Source of the DNA: Camelus dromedarius
Taxonomy: Eukaryota
NCBI RefSeq assembly: GCF_036321535.1
Contig: NC_087437.1
Span: forward strand, 12,278,001 to 12,342,000
DNA length: 64,000 bases
Reading direction: 5' to 3'
In this document: positions 37,350 through 49,874 of the stretch, one piece after another
Position numbering within the stretch: the stretch's first letter is position 1
Layout: the number at the start of each line of letters is the position of its first letter
The notes under the pieces: generated by a model
Seen by the model: the letters and a program-made list of their open reading frames with translations, nothing else
Told to the model about the DNA's origin: nothing
Database searches by the model: none
Position numbers and translations under genes: made by a program

Positions 37350-37804
37350 TTCTTACGCCTTACTGTTCCCTCAGAAATAGACTCTGTGACAAAGAATTAA
37401 GTGCATATAGTTTAAGAGGTGCTGGAAATTGAGGAGGTAGAAAGTAAGACGTGTAAGAGAAGGAAGCAGTAAAGTGTGCATCATCACACAAATTACCATG
37501 TGGGCAACTGACACTTAATCCCAAAGGAAGACTCTAGGAGACAGTGTAGAACCTGCATCTCTGAGTTACCCCACCCAAGGGGCAAACAGCTTGGTTATTT
37601 ATCCACCAACCCACTGACTGAAGTTCTCCAGGAAGGATGCTAATTGCCAGCACTTCCTGCTACCACACCACGGTGTGAGTGAGATCAGGTGGCCAAAGAA
37701 AGCCCTCTAGAAAAGAGATGGAAGTACTGGCAGTTAGGATGCTCTGAAGGGATCAGTGGGCAGAGGATATGGGCTAGTTTCTGCCAGTGACAGCATCTCC
37801 TACA
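37350..37804 (-). mobile_element. ERVL solo LTR (LTR16-like)
   Basis: ttccctcagaaatagactctgtgacaaagaattaagtgcatatagttt at one end; minus strand begins tgtaggagatgctgtca...gcccatatcc. Confidence 0.7.
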
Positions 37805-39189
37805 GCAGATACTAATTCACGGCTACCTAGCCTTTTGATCATCAGAGAAATACCATGATGCCATTTCCCTGGAAGATAAACAATCAACTTGCCATAAATG
37901 TTTTTAAAATAGGATAGATAATTACCTACACTCAGATGCCTTTTTTAGTGTATCTGATTGCCCAAATGTCTATACTCTGCGATATATATACTAATATTAT
38001 AGCCAAATGTTTGCCCAACATCAGTTTACCTATGCTGGAAATATTCCATCTTGGATGACCCCCATCTCTGGTTCTGTTAGCTTGTGCAGTATAAGACTGC
38101 CTTATAGAATGTGGATAGCTGGTGTCCTTTCCTTATTAAGTTGACATTTTAAGGCTTCTCCATGTGAAATTTCTAATTCTCAAGAGGGAGTCTCTATTGC
38201 TCACTCAAGTTTTTACTCCTAAATTATTCAGTTCACATTTTAACATTCAGGTGAAAATGTATAAACTGCTGATGCTTTACACTGAAGATTTTGCTGGTTG
38301 GTCCGGGAATACTGGGGACAGTTTAACTGGGGATATAGTTCCAGCTCAGGTCTCCTAAGTTTGTTTTCATTTTAAGCCTTAACTGAAGAAATCTCTGGGG
38401 GTCACCACCCATGCCATCTACCCACTCCAGGTAACTTTTCTTTCTAAGCTTCATGTGTGCTTCAGGAATCACTTAAGGAAAAGATTAGCGTGTTAATAGT
38501 GTTTGGATGCTTGGTGTGAGACGTACAAATATGATTGTAGACTGGAGGTACCCTAGAACTACCTCAATCATTCTTCCTGCAAAAATGATGTTAGGGTGAG
38601 TACCATCATAGTGCTCACATGCTGTGGCTGCCCAGTCATGCCTGATAGCTTCCAGGGAAGTCTGGCTCTAATTTTCATCACCCACATTGACCACTTACCT
38701 ACACTGGCCCTGAGTGTCGGAATCAATTTTTAGTGACTTCGCAGTAGGCAGTCCCAGGCTTGTGGTGTGGCTACTCAACCAAGTCAAAATGGATTATATG
38801 AATTTCAGGAAAGAGATTTCCCCCCGCCACCTTTCTTTTCATGGTTGTTTACTACTCTAGGAATAAAGTAAGCTGTATTCTTAGAATCACAGAAGCATGA
38901 GGTTAAGATGAGAAGGAACCTTAGAAATAAAGGATGGGGTTCAATGCCCTTATCCTACAGATAAGGAACCTGAGATTGTGCGAGGTCATGTGCTTGCCCA
39001 AGGATTCACAGCAGATCTGGGGCATGTATTCACATTTCCTCTCTCCTTCTTCCTCATTCCACGTTCTTCTTACATACTCTGCGTAATATTAGGCAAACCA
39101 CATATCAAACATATAGAAAAAGCAACTCTTCATTTCTGACAAGTAATAACTAGTAAAATTACAAAACAAAAATAAATAAAAATGGCGTT

Positions 39190-39405
39190 AGTCCTCTTTC
39201 CTCCTGCTTCATTTTTTCTCTACTACATAAACCTTTCAATATACTAAATCAATTTACTTATTTATTTTGTCTCCCTTTCTTTACTAGAATGAAAACTCAA
39301 AAAGAGTGAACATTTTCATCTGTTTTATTCCCTGAGGGACTCAAAGCACTTAGAACAACATTGAGGGGCTCAGTCAATGTTTGTTGAATGAATGAATGAA
39401 TGAAG
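39190..39405 (+). mobile_element. L2 3' end
   Basis: actagaatgaaaactc...gcacttagaaca...gctcagtcaatgtttgttgaatgaatgaatgaatga. Confidence 0.75.
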
Positions 39406-39821
39406 AATGCATGCTCTTCTAGGGAAAGCATGCATGTTTTGTAGTTTTGAATTAGAACCTAAGGATCCAAAGATTCATGTTTCTATAAGAGGAAACTAAT
39501 TTTATAATAGGAGAAAGTTCCTATTCTAATATTCTGAAATTTTGAATTATAAGAATATCAGTATAAATTTCCGTTGGAGATCAGGATTCATGGAAATGCT
39601 CATTCATATATTGACAGTTAAATATTGATGGTTCAGCTTTATTCCAGTGATTCAGTTAGATTTCTCCTGTTGATTTTACAGATAAGTAAGTCACTTGCTC
39701 TCATTTTACATTTATTTTCTATGTTTAAAAATAATACAAATAAGGCCCACCTTTGTAGTACCCCCTCCCTCCCCATCTGTGATGTAGTCTTGTCCTAAAT
39801 ATTAGCCCCATTTTGTCTTTC

Positions 39822-40708
39822 TTTTATAGTCACCATGCTATATGTTATATCCCAAGGACTTATTTAGACCTGGAAGTTTGTACCTTTTGACTGTCTTCAC
39901 CCATTTCACCCACCCCTTCCCTCTGGCAACTGTCATTCTGTTTTCTGTTTCTATGAGTTTGGTTTTTTGGTTTTTGGTTTTTTTAGATTGTAAGATCACA
40001 CAGTATTTGTCTTTCTCTATCTTGATTTATTTCACATAGCATAATACCCTCAAGTTCCATCCATGTTTTTGCAAATGGCAAGAGGTCCTTCTTTTTTATG
40101 GTTAAATTATATTCCATTGTGTATATATACCACATCTTTACTTATTCATCTATTCGATGGGCACTTAGCTACTGTAAATAATGCTGCAGTGAACATGGGA
40201 GTACAGATATCTTTTCAAGTTAGCTGTTTTGTTTCCTTTGGATGAAAACCCTGGAGTGGAATTGCTGGATCATATGGTAGTTCTATGTTTAATTTTTTGA
40301 GGAACGTCCATAGTATTTTCCACAGTGGCTGCACCAATTTACATTCTCATCAACAGTGCACAAGGGTTCCCTTTTCTCCACTTCCTCATCAATATTTATT
40401 ATTTGTTGTCTTTTTGATGATAGCCATTCTGATGGATATGAGGTGCTATTTCATTGTGGTTTTGACTTGCATTTCCTAGTGATTAATGATGTTGAGCATG
40501 TTTTCAGGTGCCTGTTGACCATCTGTGTGTCTCCTTTGGAAAGGTATCTATTCGTATCCTTTGCCCATTTTTTTAATCAAAATTTTTTTAGTTGCCTGAG
40601 TCCTTTATATATTTTGGATATTAGTCCCTTATTAGATATATGATTTGCAAATATTTTCTCCCATTCCCTAGGTTGCCTTTTCATTTTGTTGATGGTTTCC
40701 TTTGCTGT
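39822..40708 (-). mobile_element. Truncated L1 (L1MA-type ORF2 end plus part of the 3' UTR)
   Basis: Minus [38 protein letters not shown] is L1 ORF2. Possible decayed TSD attagccccattttgtctt / attcagcaccattctgtctt. Confidence 0.92.
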
Positions 40709-42434
40709 TGATTCAGCACCATTCTGTCTTGAAATATATTGTTCTGTCCCATTCTTTTTAATTGTTTTGCTCTTCTTTTTCTTAGGAAAGAAACAAAACA
40801 TCCCACTGCACCATGCATTTGATCCAGCTCTCTAACAGACATTTTTGTTTTCTTTTCTTCATTTGTTTTACAGAAGAAATGCATTTCCCTTCTTAAAAAA
40901 GCAGTGGGGTCACCCTGAACCCTTCAGATTTGGCTGCCAGTTCCCCAAGATGCTTAACTTACACCTTCTCTTCACCTGCAGGAGATGCTGGCCTGGACAC
41001 AGGGCCGGTCATTCTCCTGAGAAGCCCCCAGTTACTTTATTGTCCTTGGGGTTCATGAAAAGGTCTTTCCTCCTATCCAGGAGCTCTTCACCTAATAAAG
41101 TGCCCCACACAGAAGATGTAAGAGGAGTAGTGCCCTGGGTTCAGTCTCATGTTTGAAAACAAACATGAATCATAGCTCCTTATATCAAAAAGAGGTTTTA
41201 AGTTAAAAGGGAAACAGAGGGCTGAGGACATTTCACCCATTCTCACCATCACTGTGACAAGTGGCCACAAATGCATGTGAGTCCACAGACCAGCTCAGTC
41301 CAGACTCAGCTTCCCATTTCTGTGTGTCCCAATCACTTGTCCCAATCACGGTCAGCTAGACCTCCACCTGCAGGCAGCAGGGTCAGGTTCATTAGGCAAC
41401 AATCACTGGAGACCAGAGAAAGCTGTTGACTCCTCCCTTCATTGTTCCTGGCTTATTATCATTGAACCTCTCCGTTTGGAGGCAGGGGTGCCTGTGCGGG
41501 TGCACAGTCTTGCCGGGGGGTGACTGTGGAAGACACTTGGAATCGATATCTAACAGGCACGTGTGTAGATGTGATGAGAACCTGGCGTTATGTAGGCTAG
41601 CACGAGATCCCGCTTCATATCCATGCAGTCATACTTAACCCAAAGATTTGCCAAAGTCGATTTTTTATAGGACTGTGGATAAACTAGAGGGTGCCTTTGT
41701 GAAAATAGAGAAAGGAAACACCCTGGAGGCAGGCAGATCTGGGGAAGCATGGCTTAGAGAGAGCATTTCAGCTCCTCTATACTCCCTTAGGTGGGCTCCC
41801 TTCTTCTGGGAGCAACATGCTCAAATTGTGCAGTGTGGACCTGGGGTTTTAGTTCTATCCTCCACCCCATTGGAAACATGAAAACATTTGAGTTCTCAGA
41901 CTTACAGTGATGCCCTGTGCAAAACAAATTGAAAATAGCCTCCCTTGTGTTGGAAGGTTAGTTTGTCTCCAGAATATATTTTGGACCTTATATATCCATC
42001 TGCCTTGAGGTGTGACCAAAAAGCGCTCATCTGCCATCTTCCTATAGTCAATTTTGATTTCAAAATTAAAACACAGAAACTCTAAATAAATGGGGTACAT
42101 TTGATCATCCCATTCATGACGTGATCACAGTCCCCATCCTCCTGAAATTAACCCACCGGCTCTCTCACATATCTTTTACAACATTTTCCTCAAGGGCTGG
42201 ATCATTTTCCTCCACTTTCTCGAGATGAGGTTTCCACATAGGCTCCCTGACTTCTGAGGTTATCAGTTTGGGCTAGAGCATAATAGAATTAGATACTGGC
42301 TAGCAGAGAAGACTTGTGTGTTAGTTGATTCTAGAAAGAATCACGTTCTCACCTTTCCTCATTCCCATCCCACACCCACACAGTGCTCGGTACGTAAAAT
42401 AATACAACTTGGAGGTTAGCAGGATTGTCTAGAC

Positions 42435-42663
42435 CAAGGGTTGGCAAATTACAGCTCTTGGCACACACAGGCTGTCTATTCTGCAGCCTGCTTTAGTAAA
42501 CGAGATTTTATTGGAACACAGCCATGCCCATTTGCTTATGTCGTGTCCGTGATTTTTTTTTTTTAAATACAAGACCAGAAGTTGCAAAGAGACCTTGTCT
42601 GACTCACAAAGCCAAAAATATTTACTGTCTGGCTCGAAATTTTTAAAAGTTGGCAAACTCTTG
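42435..42663 (+). mobile_element. MER58A-like hAT MITE
   Basis: caagggttggcaaattacagc...ttttattggaacacagccatgccca...aaaatatttactgtctggc. Confidence 0.85.
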
Positions 42664-42719
42664 CTTTTAGATCTATCATATAAAAGACCACTCGATATGT
42701 ACTACTCTTTAATATTGAT

Positions 42720-42915
42720 ATGAATTCAGTTTCTAGTCCAGACCCCAATTGTGTAATTTTGGGTAAATGACCTTTCTGCACTACAGTTTCCATCTTGTCA
42801 AAATGGAAATAACCATACGTCTCTGAGATAGTTGTGGGAATTAATTTAGTTAATAAACGTAAAGCACACAGAGCCAGACCTGGGACATAGTAAACACTCA
42901 GCAAATGTTACTCTT
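42720..42915 (+). mobile_element. MIR SINE
   Basis: tgtgtaattttgggtaaatgac...cagtttccatcttgtcaaaatggaaataa...cctgggacatagtaaacactcagcaaatgtta. Confidence 0.75.
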
Positions 42916-43433
42916 ATTCACTAAATCAATTGATTTTATTGATCCTGAGGATATGACCCTATTACCAAGGACCAAGGCACATTCAAGGCACTTGGCTATG
43001 TTATTTTATTTCAGTGTGGCAAGAGGAGGAAGTGGGAAAGGATCCTAAGAGCTGCTTTGACAACAGAGTGAGTACGATGCAGAGGGGAGGAATTTTTATA
43101 AGCCTTCTTGGTTAGCATGAATTTAAGCCATTTCTACAAAAACATGACAAAGAAGATTTTACTGAACATATATCATCATAGTGCCTTGGCGATTAATTTC
43201 CAAAGCCGTGGAAGGTACACTGCCCTGCACATAGTACACTTTGCAATATATTATAGAAGCCATTATGGTCTAGTGGAAATTTATTAATAATAGTCAATAA
43301 CACATAGAGAAAGATATATGTATTTTCCCATGGCATGAGCACTCTGGCAACAGCTTAGAATATCTGTCTGGTTCATCTCCCTGTGGCTCAAATTGGAAAT
43401 TTGAAATCTAAATGTAAATTTTGTCATTTAAAC

Positions 43434-43656
43434 CAGGGATTGAAAACCTTTTTCTGTAAAGGGCCAGATAAAAAATTTTTTTGGTTTTGGGTAGCCTGTA
43501 GTATCTGTTGCAACTATTCAACTCTGCTGTTGTAGCACAAAAGCAGTCGTAAACAACACATCAATGTGTGAGCATGGCTGTGTTCCAATAAAACTTTATT
43601 TATAAAAACAGGTGATGGCCAAATTTGTCCCAGGGGCCATAATTTTCAGACCCATG
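43434..43656 (-). mobile_element. MER58A-like hAT MITE with a perfect 8-bp TSD
   Basis: ttttctgtaaagggccagata...catggctgtgttccaataaaactttatttataaaaacagg. ATTTAAAC at 43426-43433 and 43657-43664. Confidence 0.9.
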
Positions 43657-44164
43657 ATTTAAACAATTACAAACTGTATTTTATTTTCCTTTCTCTTTTC
43701 TCTCTGTCACTCTCCTATTCTTGTGTATACTACTTATTTGCCTCCATAAAATATTCTCGTTTGCCAGGAACATAAGGTCTGTCTGAGGGAAAGAGGTATA
43801 GCTTGCAAAATGTCAACTTGTTTTGTCAAGTATTTCTATTTAACTGAGGGATGAAAGGATGAGCATTGCTATGTTCTTCTAATAAGTTAAAATGAGATTG
43901 TTAAACACCAGTGGACAAAGAACTAATGATGGACTGAAGTTTAAAAGTGTATCTAGACTCCACTTCTTATTCTCATATTTTTCAGAATCGAACTCAAAGG
44001 AAAATGGATAAATTACCTAAGTAAATAAGCCCAATGCAGAAATTAACTCAATAATATAGACTATTTATGCTCAATTGAGCATCAATTAATTCTGACAAGT
44101 TGCTATTTAACACTGCCTACGTTATATAAATTAATGGATATTTTCAAACAATCTTCTTGAGATA

Positions 44165-45024
44165 TCTTTGACATAAATTGTATATACTTATGGTGTACAA
44201 CTTGATGTGTTTTTATATATACATATACTCTGCGAAAAGCGCATAGTCTTTGTCAAAGACGTCTCATAGCTAAATGACTTATTCATCACCTACATAGTTA
44301 CCCTTATGTGTGTATGTGTGTGTGTGTGTGTCTGTGTGGTGAGATTTAATTTAAAATCTGTCCTTTTAGTGGGGAGGGAATAGCTCAGTGGTACACTGTA
44401 TTACTTAGCACGCACAAGATCCTGGGTTAAATCCCCAGTACCTCCATTAAAATAAATAAATAAATAAACCTAATCTCCTCCCCCCCAAAAAATAACACCA
44501 AAAAATAAAATAAAATAGTTGCTTAGTAAATTTAAAATAAATGGACTAAATCTATCCTTTTAGAAAATTTCAAGTATACAATCTTACATTGTTAACTATC
44601 ACTACCATGCTATATATATTAGATTTACAAAATATAGTTATCTTGCATAGTTGATCCTCTGTACCTTTTGACCGGTGTCCCCCCATTTTCCCCACCTCCC
44701 AGCCCCTGGTAACCACCTTTCTGTTCTCTGCTTTAATGAGTTCTACTCTTTTAGATTCTATGTAAAAGTGAATCATGTAGTATTTGTCTTTCTGTGACTA
44801 GCTTATTTCACTTACCGTATGTCCTCCAGGTTCATCCATGTTTTTGCAAATGGCAGGATTTTCCTCTTTTTGTGGCTGAATATTATTCCATTGCTTAAAG
44901 ACACTGCATTTTTAAAATCCACTCTGTCCATGAACATTTAGGTTGTTTCCATAACTTGTAGTGTGAATAATGCTGCATGAACATAGGAGGGCAGGTGTGT
45001 CTTTGAGATGCTGACTTCATTTCT
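44165..45024 (-). mobile_element. L1MA-type 3' fragment interrupted by a Vic-1 SINE; contains (TG)n at about 44307-44337
   Basis: acataaattgtatatacttatggtgtacaac...aaatttcaagtatacaat...cccagcccctggtaaccacc...ggttcatccatg. Confidence 0.88.
44371..44547 (+). mobile_element. Vic-1-type tRNA-derived SINE (camelid)
   Basis: GGGGAGGGAATAGCTCAGTGG (A box)...CCTGGGTTAAATCCCCAGTACCTCCA (B box), then an A-rich tail. TSD AAATCT(G/A)TCCTTTTAG at 44354-44369 and 44548-44563. Confidence 0.9.
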
Positions 45025-45488
45025 AAAGAAATGAGTATCTGGTTAAATATGAGACAGCGTGCTCTTCATGTCATCTATCAGATCACATGTTAGTCTGTCT
45101 GGTGCTATTTTCCATGAATGTGCCCATTTTTCTATGTCCCACTTTTTTATGAATGTGGAAGAAAAATATATATTGAAAACCTCTGATTATTAGCTTAAAG
45201 TCCATATCTGTGTGAACTGAAAAACACCAAAGCAATTTAACTAAGGAAACTCCAGGTAGAGCTATGTGTAGTAGTCTTAATTACTGGAGATTATTTGCTG
45301 GGGAACCGAAGCTCGGGCACAGAAAGGAAGCCAGAGGCACCCCTGAGCGTCATAACCACTAATGCTCTTGTTCTCGGCTCATAAGCAGACCTCTCAGGCT
45401 TCCCCCAGGGTTTGCATAGTCTTAATTTAAATAGAATTCTTTGCTTCTTTTTTTCTTTGCCCACCACAGGATTTTATTTTTAACTTTT

Positions 45489-45623
45489 TTTTTTTTTAGA
45501 TTTTTTTTTGGTGGGGGGAGGTAATTAGGTTTATTTATTTTTAGAAGACGTGCTGGGGATTGAACCCAGGACCTCGTGCATGTAAAGCACGTGCTCTACC
45601 ATTGGAGCTATACTCTTCCCCAC
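45489..45623 (-). mobile_element. Vic-1-type SINE
   Basis: Minus strand GGGGAAGAGTATAGCTCCAATGGTAGAGCACGTGCTT...GAGGTCCTGGGTTCAATCCCCAGCAC. TSD TATTTTTAACTTTT at 45475-45488 and 45624-45637. Confidence 0.92.
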
Positions 45624-45637
45624 TATTTTTAACTTTT

Positions 45638-46190
45638 AATGGAAGCGTGATACACATACAGAAAAGTATCTATACTATAAGCAGACAGTTCAATGGCTTC
45701 ACAGTACCCAGGTCAGAACCAGATTACCTGCACCCCAATCCTCTGTCCTTCCCACTGCCCTCACTGCCCTGCGAGGGTCACACTATCCTGCCTTCCACTG
45801 GCGTAGATTTGGGGGGCCTGTTTTGCACTCTGCGTGCTACATCATACATCCTGGGTTCTCCGTGCCTGGCTTCCTTGACCCACTATGCTTATGGGATCAT
45901 CTGTATCATCCCACATAGCTGCTGGTGGTTCTTCTTTCTTTCTGTATGGTAGTCCATTGTGTAAATATACACCACATTTTATTTACCCATTCTGTTGTCA
46001 GTGGGCCTTTGGGAAGTCTCCAGTGTTGGACTATTGCAAATATGGAGGCTGGGAGCATCCTAATGCGTGTCTTTTGGGGCCCATCCTTGCACATTTCCAC
46101 TGAGTGTGCCCCACAAGTGAACATACTGGGTCACGGGGTCTGAGTACACTCAGCTTCAGTATTTTCTACCAAACAGTTTCCTGAAGCTCA
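45638..46190 (-). mobile_element. Old L1ME-type 3' fragment
   Basis: tagtccattgtgtaaatatacaccacattttatttacccattctgttgtcagtgggcctttggg; minus ORF with EWVNKMWCIFT. Confidence 0.8.
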
Positions 46191-47304
46191 CAGCAACTTT
46201 TAAACAACAAATTAAAAGTTAGTCCTGCTAAAGGCTGGCATGCAGATGGCAGCTGTGGTGAGAGCTGGCGCAACGTTTAAGAACGTGACATTAGAACAGC
46301 ATCTTGTTGGCACGGGAGCACTGCTGGATCACGGCAGAGCAGCGGCGATTAACTTTAACTATGTAGACCTTGATTCCGCCAGAATGTCAGGCCGTGGTCA
46401 GTCACTTCTGTCTAAAATGGCAAGGGAGGACATCTTTGGTAATGTCACCATTTTTCAAGTCTCCACCCTGATGCTGATAAACTTCTCTTTTTGAAACAGT
46501 CATTTTTGCAACCCCTCATTGTCCAGTCTGATTCATTCTTTGGTGAATAAGGTAATGAACTCTGAGATGTATTTCTAGATGATTGGCTTATCAGACCATG
46601 CAAATACTAGTAAAAACTGTGGCTATTTCATAACGCAGAAGAACCAACTCACCAAAACTATGCCCGTAGAGCATTTCATGTATTTCTGTAAAATTGCAAT
46701 ATTTCAATTGCAATTTCATAGTCAGGAGAGAAGACCTTGAGGTCAAGTGTGAGTTCTCCCGCCATAGCAGAAGTTCAGAAGTTTGGAACTCAGGCCTGAA
46801 GGCACATGCCATGACTCACAGGGGAAGCTCCCTAACGGGGCCGGATCCTTGGCTTCTTTGTACTGGCAGAGCGCGTGTTGACTTCAGAGGGAGAGCCTCT
46901 GGCCATGTGCAAGAGGAGCTCCTCCAGGGGTTAGCCAAGAGGGTCAGTGGGCTGTGGAAGCGTTCCCCACCAGGGGGCCCTGGCTGATGGGGAGCACCTT
47001 GCTGACTCCGAAGAGAATGAGTGCTTAATGGTCTGAACGTCAGCCACACGCAGGGAGACTGTAACCAAGGTGATGGAGTTCAGCAGTTTTTCTTTTTTCC
47101 CCTTAAAAATAATGTACACATAGAAATGAATTTAAATATAAATGTGTGATACCGATATCTGTTTAGGTAGGTCCTATGTGTTTTTCACATGGAATTCGCT
47201 TCCCTACTGGAGCACTTTGATGGGTGTCATCCAGCTGAAAGGACTTTGGATCCTGGTGGGTCTGGCACAAGTCACACGGCCCCCATGGGGATGGTAAGAG
47301 TCAG

Positions 47305-47500
47305 AGCCCCTGGGTTTTGTGCTCTGACTATAGGCCAGGTTCTTCCTCAATCTCTACATGTTTCTTATCTTCCCAGTAACTTTGAAAGGATAACATCGTT
47401 CTTCCCGCTTTATGTAAGCAAAAACAGAGGCCTAGGGAGACTAAGAGGACACTTCCCAGGGCCATGTAGTCGGCAGGTAGTAGAGGTCTGACATTCACAG
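47305..47500 (-). mobile_element. MIR SINE
   Basis: cccgctttatgtaagcaaaaacagaggcctagggagactaag...cttcccagggccatgtagtc. Confidence 0.6.
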
Positions 47501-48559
47501 ATTCCCTTCCCACCCCCCGCTCCTCACTCAGGAAGGATTGCAGAGCTTCCTTCTTGGGGTGCACGTAAACCACGCACAGCTACACTCGGCCTGACTGAGG
47601 GAGGAGAGAATGGTGATTAGAACATACATACGGCAAATACGTATCGGGAAATCTACGAAGAAAGACACCTGTCAAATGGGGCAGGTTGATTCAAAGGCCC
47701 AGCCAGTGGGTCTCAGTCCCGGCTGCACACAGAGTCACTGGGGCCTGGGCTTCGGTGCCTGAGTGTCTGTTTTGTTTGGTTTAGGAGGAAGGCCCAGAAG
47801 TAGTGTATTTGAAACATCACCCAGGTGAGTGCAGCCAGGGTTAAAAGATTGAGATCAAGTGCCTATGTAGATCAAATGCAATTACACCTATATCATGAAT
47901 GTAATTTTTTAGAGAAAACATGAAAATGAAAACATATATGTGAAAGAGATTGACAGACTGCACATTGTTCTACATACAATTCTCTAACAAAGAGATAAAT
48001 GGAGAAGAACGTAATTTAGGAAAGTAATTGGACACCTGGCCCACCGGGGCGGGGGAGGCAAGGGAGGGGGACACAGAGTATGTTGAGGCTACCAAGGAGA
48101 GAATGTTCTTGATGCTGTGATGTGAAGCCAGCCTTTCCCGGTGACTGGCCCATCACATTCTCTCTGGCCTCCAGGCTGTGGAAAGGAAACTTGGAGTGAA
48201 GAGAGGCCAGCGGTATGTAGAGGTGGAGACGTAAGAGGCTGCCTGGGTTTCAGAGTCAGCAGAACTAGGACTATTCCCTGGACTGTTCCACAAATGGAAT
48301 AGTTCTATGATTTAAGAAAGTAATTCCTGACATATTTCAGTATGAGGCGCTAGTATTTGTCAAACCAAACTGGAGTTCACAATTTATAAAGAGAACAGAA
48401 CCGTAGAATTTTCATTTTAAATAAGCCAGGTTTTAAGAGGAATTCTCCCCAGAAGTGCATTTCATGCTCAGGGACAGGGCCTGAGCCTTTCAGAGCTCAG
48501 AGCCCTAACTGACCACTTGAGAATATGTGCTTGAAGCATGTCAGAGAGGAGCAATCTCA

Positions 48560-49625
48560 CACACACATATACATACACACACAATGTACATATACACATA
48601 CACACATACAGTTATATAAAAGGCTATTATTGTGCAAGTATCACAAATGTGTAGCTCAGTTACTAAAGGTGGACCCCCTTGTAACCACCAGCCATGGAAG
48701 GACCTAGACTTTGCTAAGTACCCCAGGAACCCTCCACTTGTCTCTTCCCAAATGCAACCATCTCCCCTCAACCCATAAGAGGAACCACTGTCCTAACTAC
48801 TATGGTAATCAACTTTTTACTTTTCTTCATTGTTTTCTCACCTAAATATACATCCCCAAACACCAAAATTGCCATTGCCTGTTTTTATTTTGTTAATATC
48901 ATTGAGATCTCTGTTCATCTCTAATTCTGCCCCTTCATTTCTCTGTAACTCCATTGCCATTTAGTTGTTGGAGAAACCAGGTCATCTCTTGCTGGGTTTG
49001 CCTCAGCCTGTGTTCCATGGTTGTATCCCATGATGTGTTATCACGTCTGTTTTTGGCCTCCGTGTTTCCAGCAAACTGGCTGTTGAACCCAGAGGCTTAA
49101 TCACATTCAGATGAGACTGGGGGAAGATGTCGTCTTAGGCGGTGACACGTTCTTCATCAAGAGATACACACTATCTGATTTTCTCTCTTTTTTTCAGGAA
49201 ACAGCCACTGATTTTCAGTGCCTATATCCTGAATTCATTCGGAGTAAATGGTGATATTCTGATTCTTTCATTCTTTCTTCATTTATTTATTGAAATATTC
49301 CTATACAAAGAAACGTCCCCTTTTCTACTCTTTGATTGTCTGGTCGTACGGTTTGTAGAAGAAAAGCAATATAAAGGCTTGGATGGTTCATTTTATTTAC
49401 CAATGTTCAAAGTAAAGAATCAGATCTCTCAATTCTTCCAAACACTGGCCAGTTCATGTTTTGTATCACTAGGAACTCATGAATATAAACATATTTGATT
49501 TGCTTCCATTTATCAGAGTTGTGATTTATTATTATTTTATTATTATCTATTAGGAGAATGTTCTCCTGGCTACACAATGGCCAAAAATTCACCTGTACAG
49601 ATGTTGGCCTAGGAATGATGGAGCC
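48560..49625 (-). mobile_element. Old L1MC/ME-type fragments
   Basis: cttgtaaccaccagcc...aaccactgtcctaact...gaggcttaatcacattcagat...ataaaggcttggatggttcattttatttaccaatgttcaaagtaa. Confidence 0.55.
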
Positions 49626-49689
49626 AAAACAGAAGAAAAGGGGCCTGAATATTTCTACCCAACCCTCTGACCCTTGAAAGTCCTGTGGC

Positions 49690-49862
49690 CATGGGATGGG
49701 CAGTGGCAGAGTAGATTGAGTCTGGGTTTCAAGAGTCATTGACAGGGGACCTGCACTTGAATCTTGGCTGTCACTTCCTAGCTGTGTGACCTTGCGTCTC
49801 CCTCTAAACCTCTCTGAGATTCCATACCCTCATCTGTAAAAGTGAGAGTGACATTTGCCTTA
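49690..49862 (+). mobile_element. MIR SINE
   Basis: ttgaatcttggctgtcacttcctagctgtgtgaccttg...aacctctctgag...cctcatctgtaaaa. Confidence 0.8.
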
Positions 49863-49874
49863 GCTCTGTGTATT

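Noticed and set aside
44371..44446. tRNA-like sequence (also 45550-45621 and 60990-61070)
   Set aside because: SINE heads with A-rich tails and TSDs, not tRNA genes.
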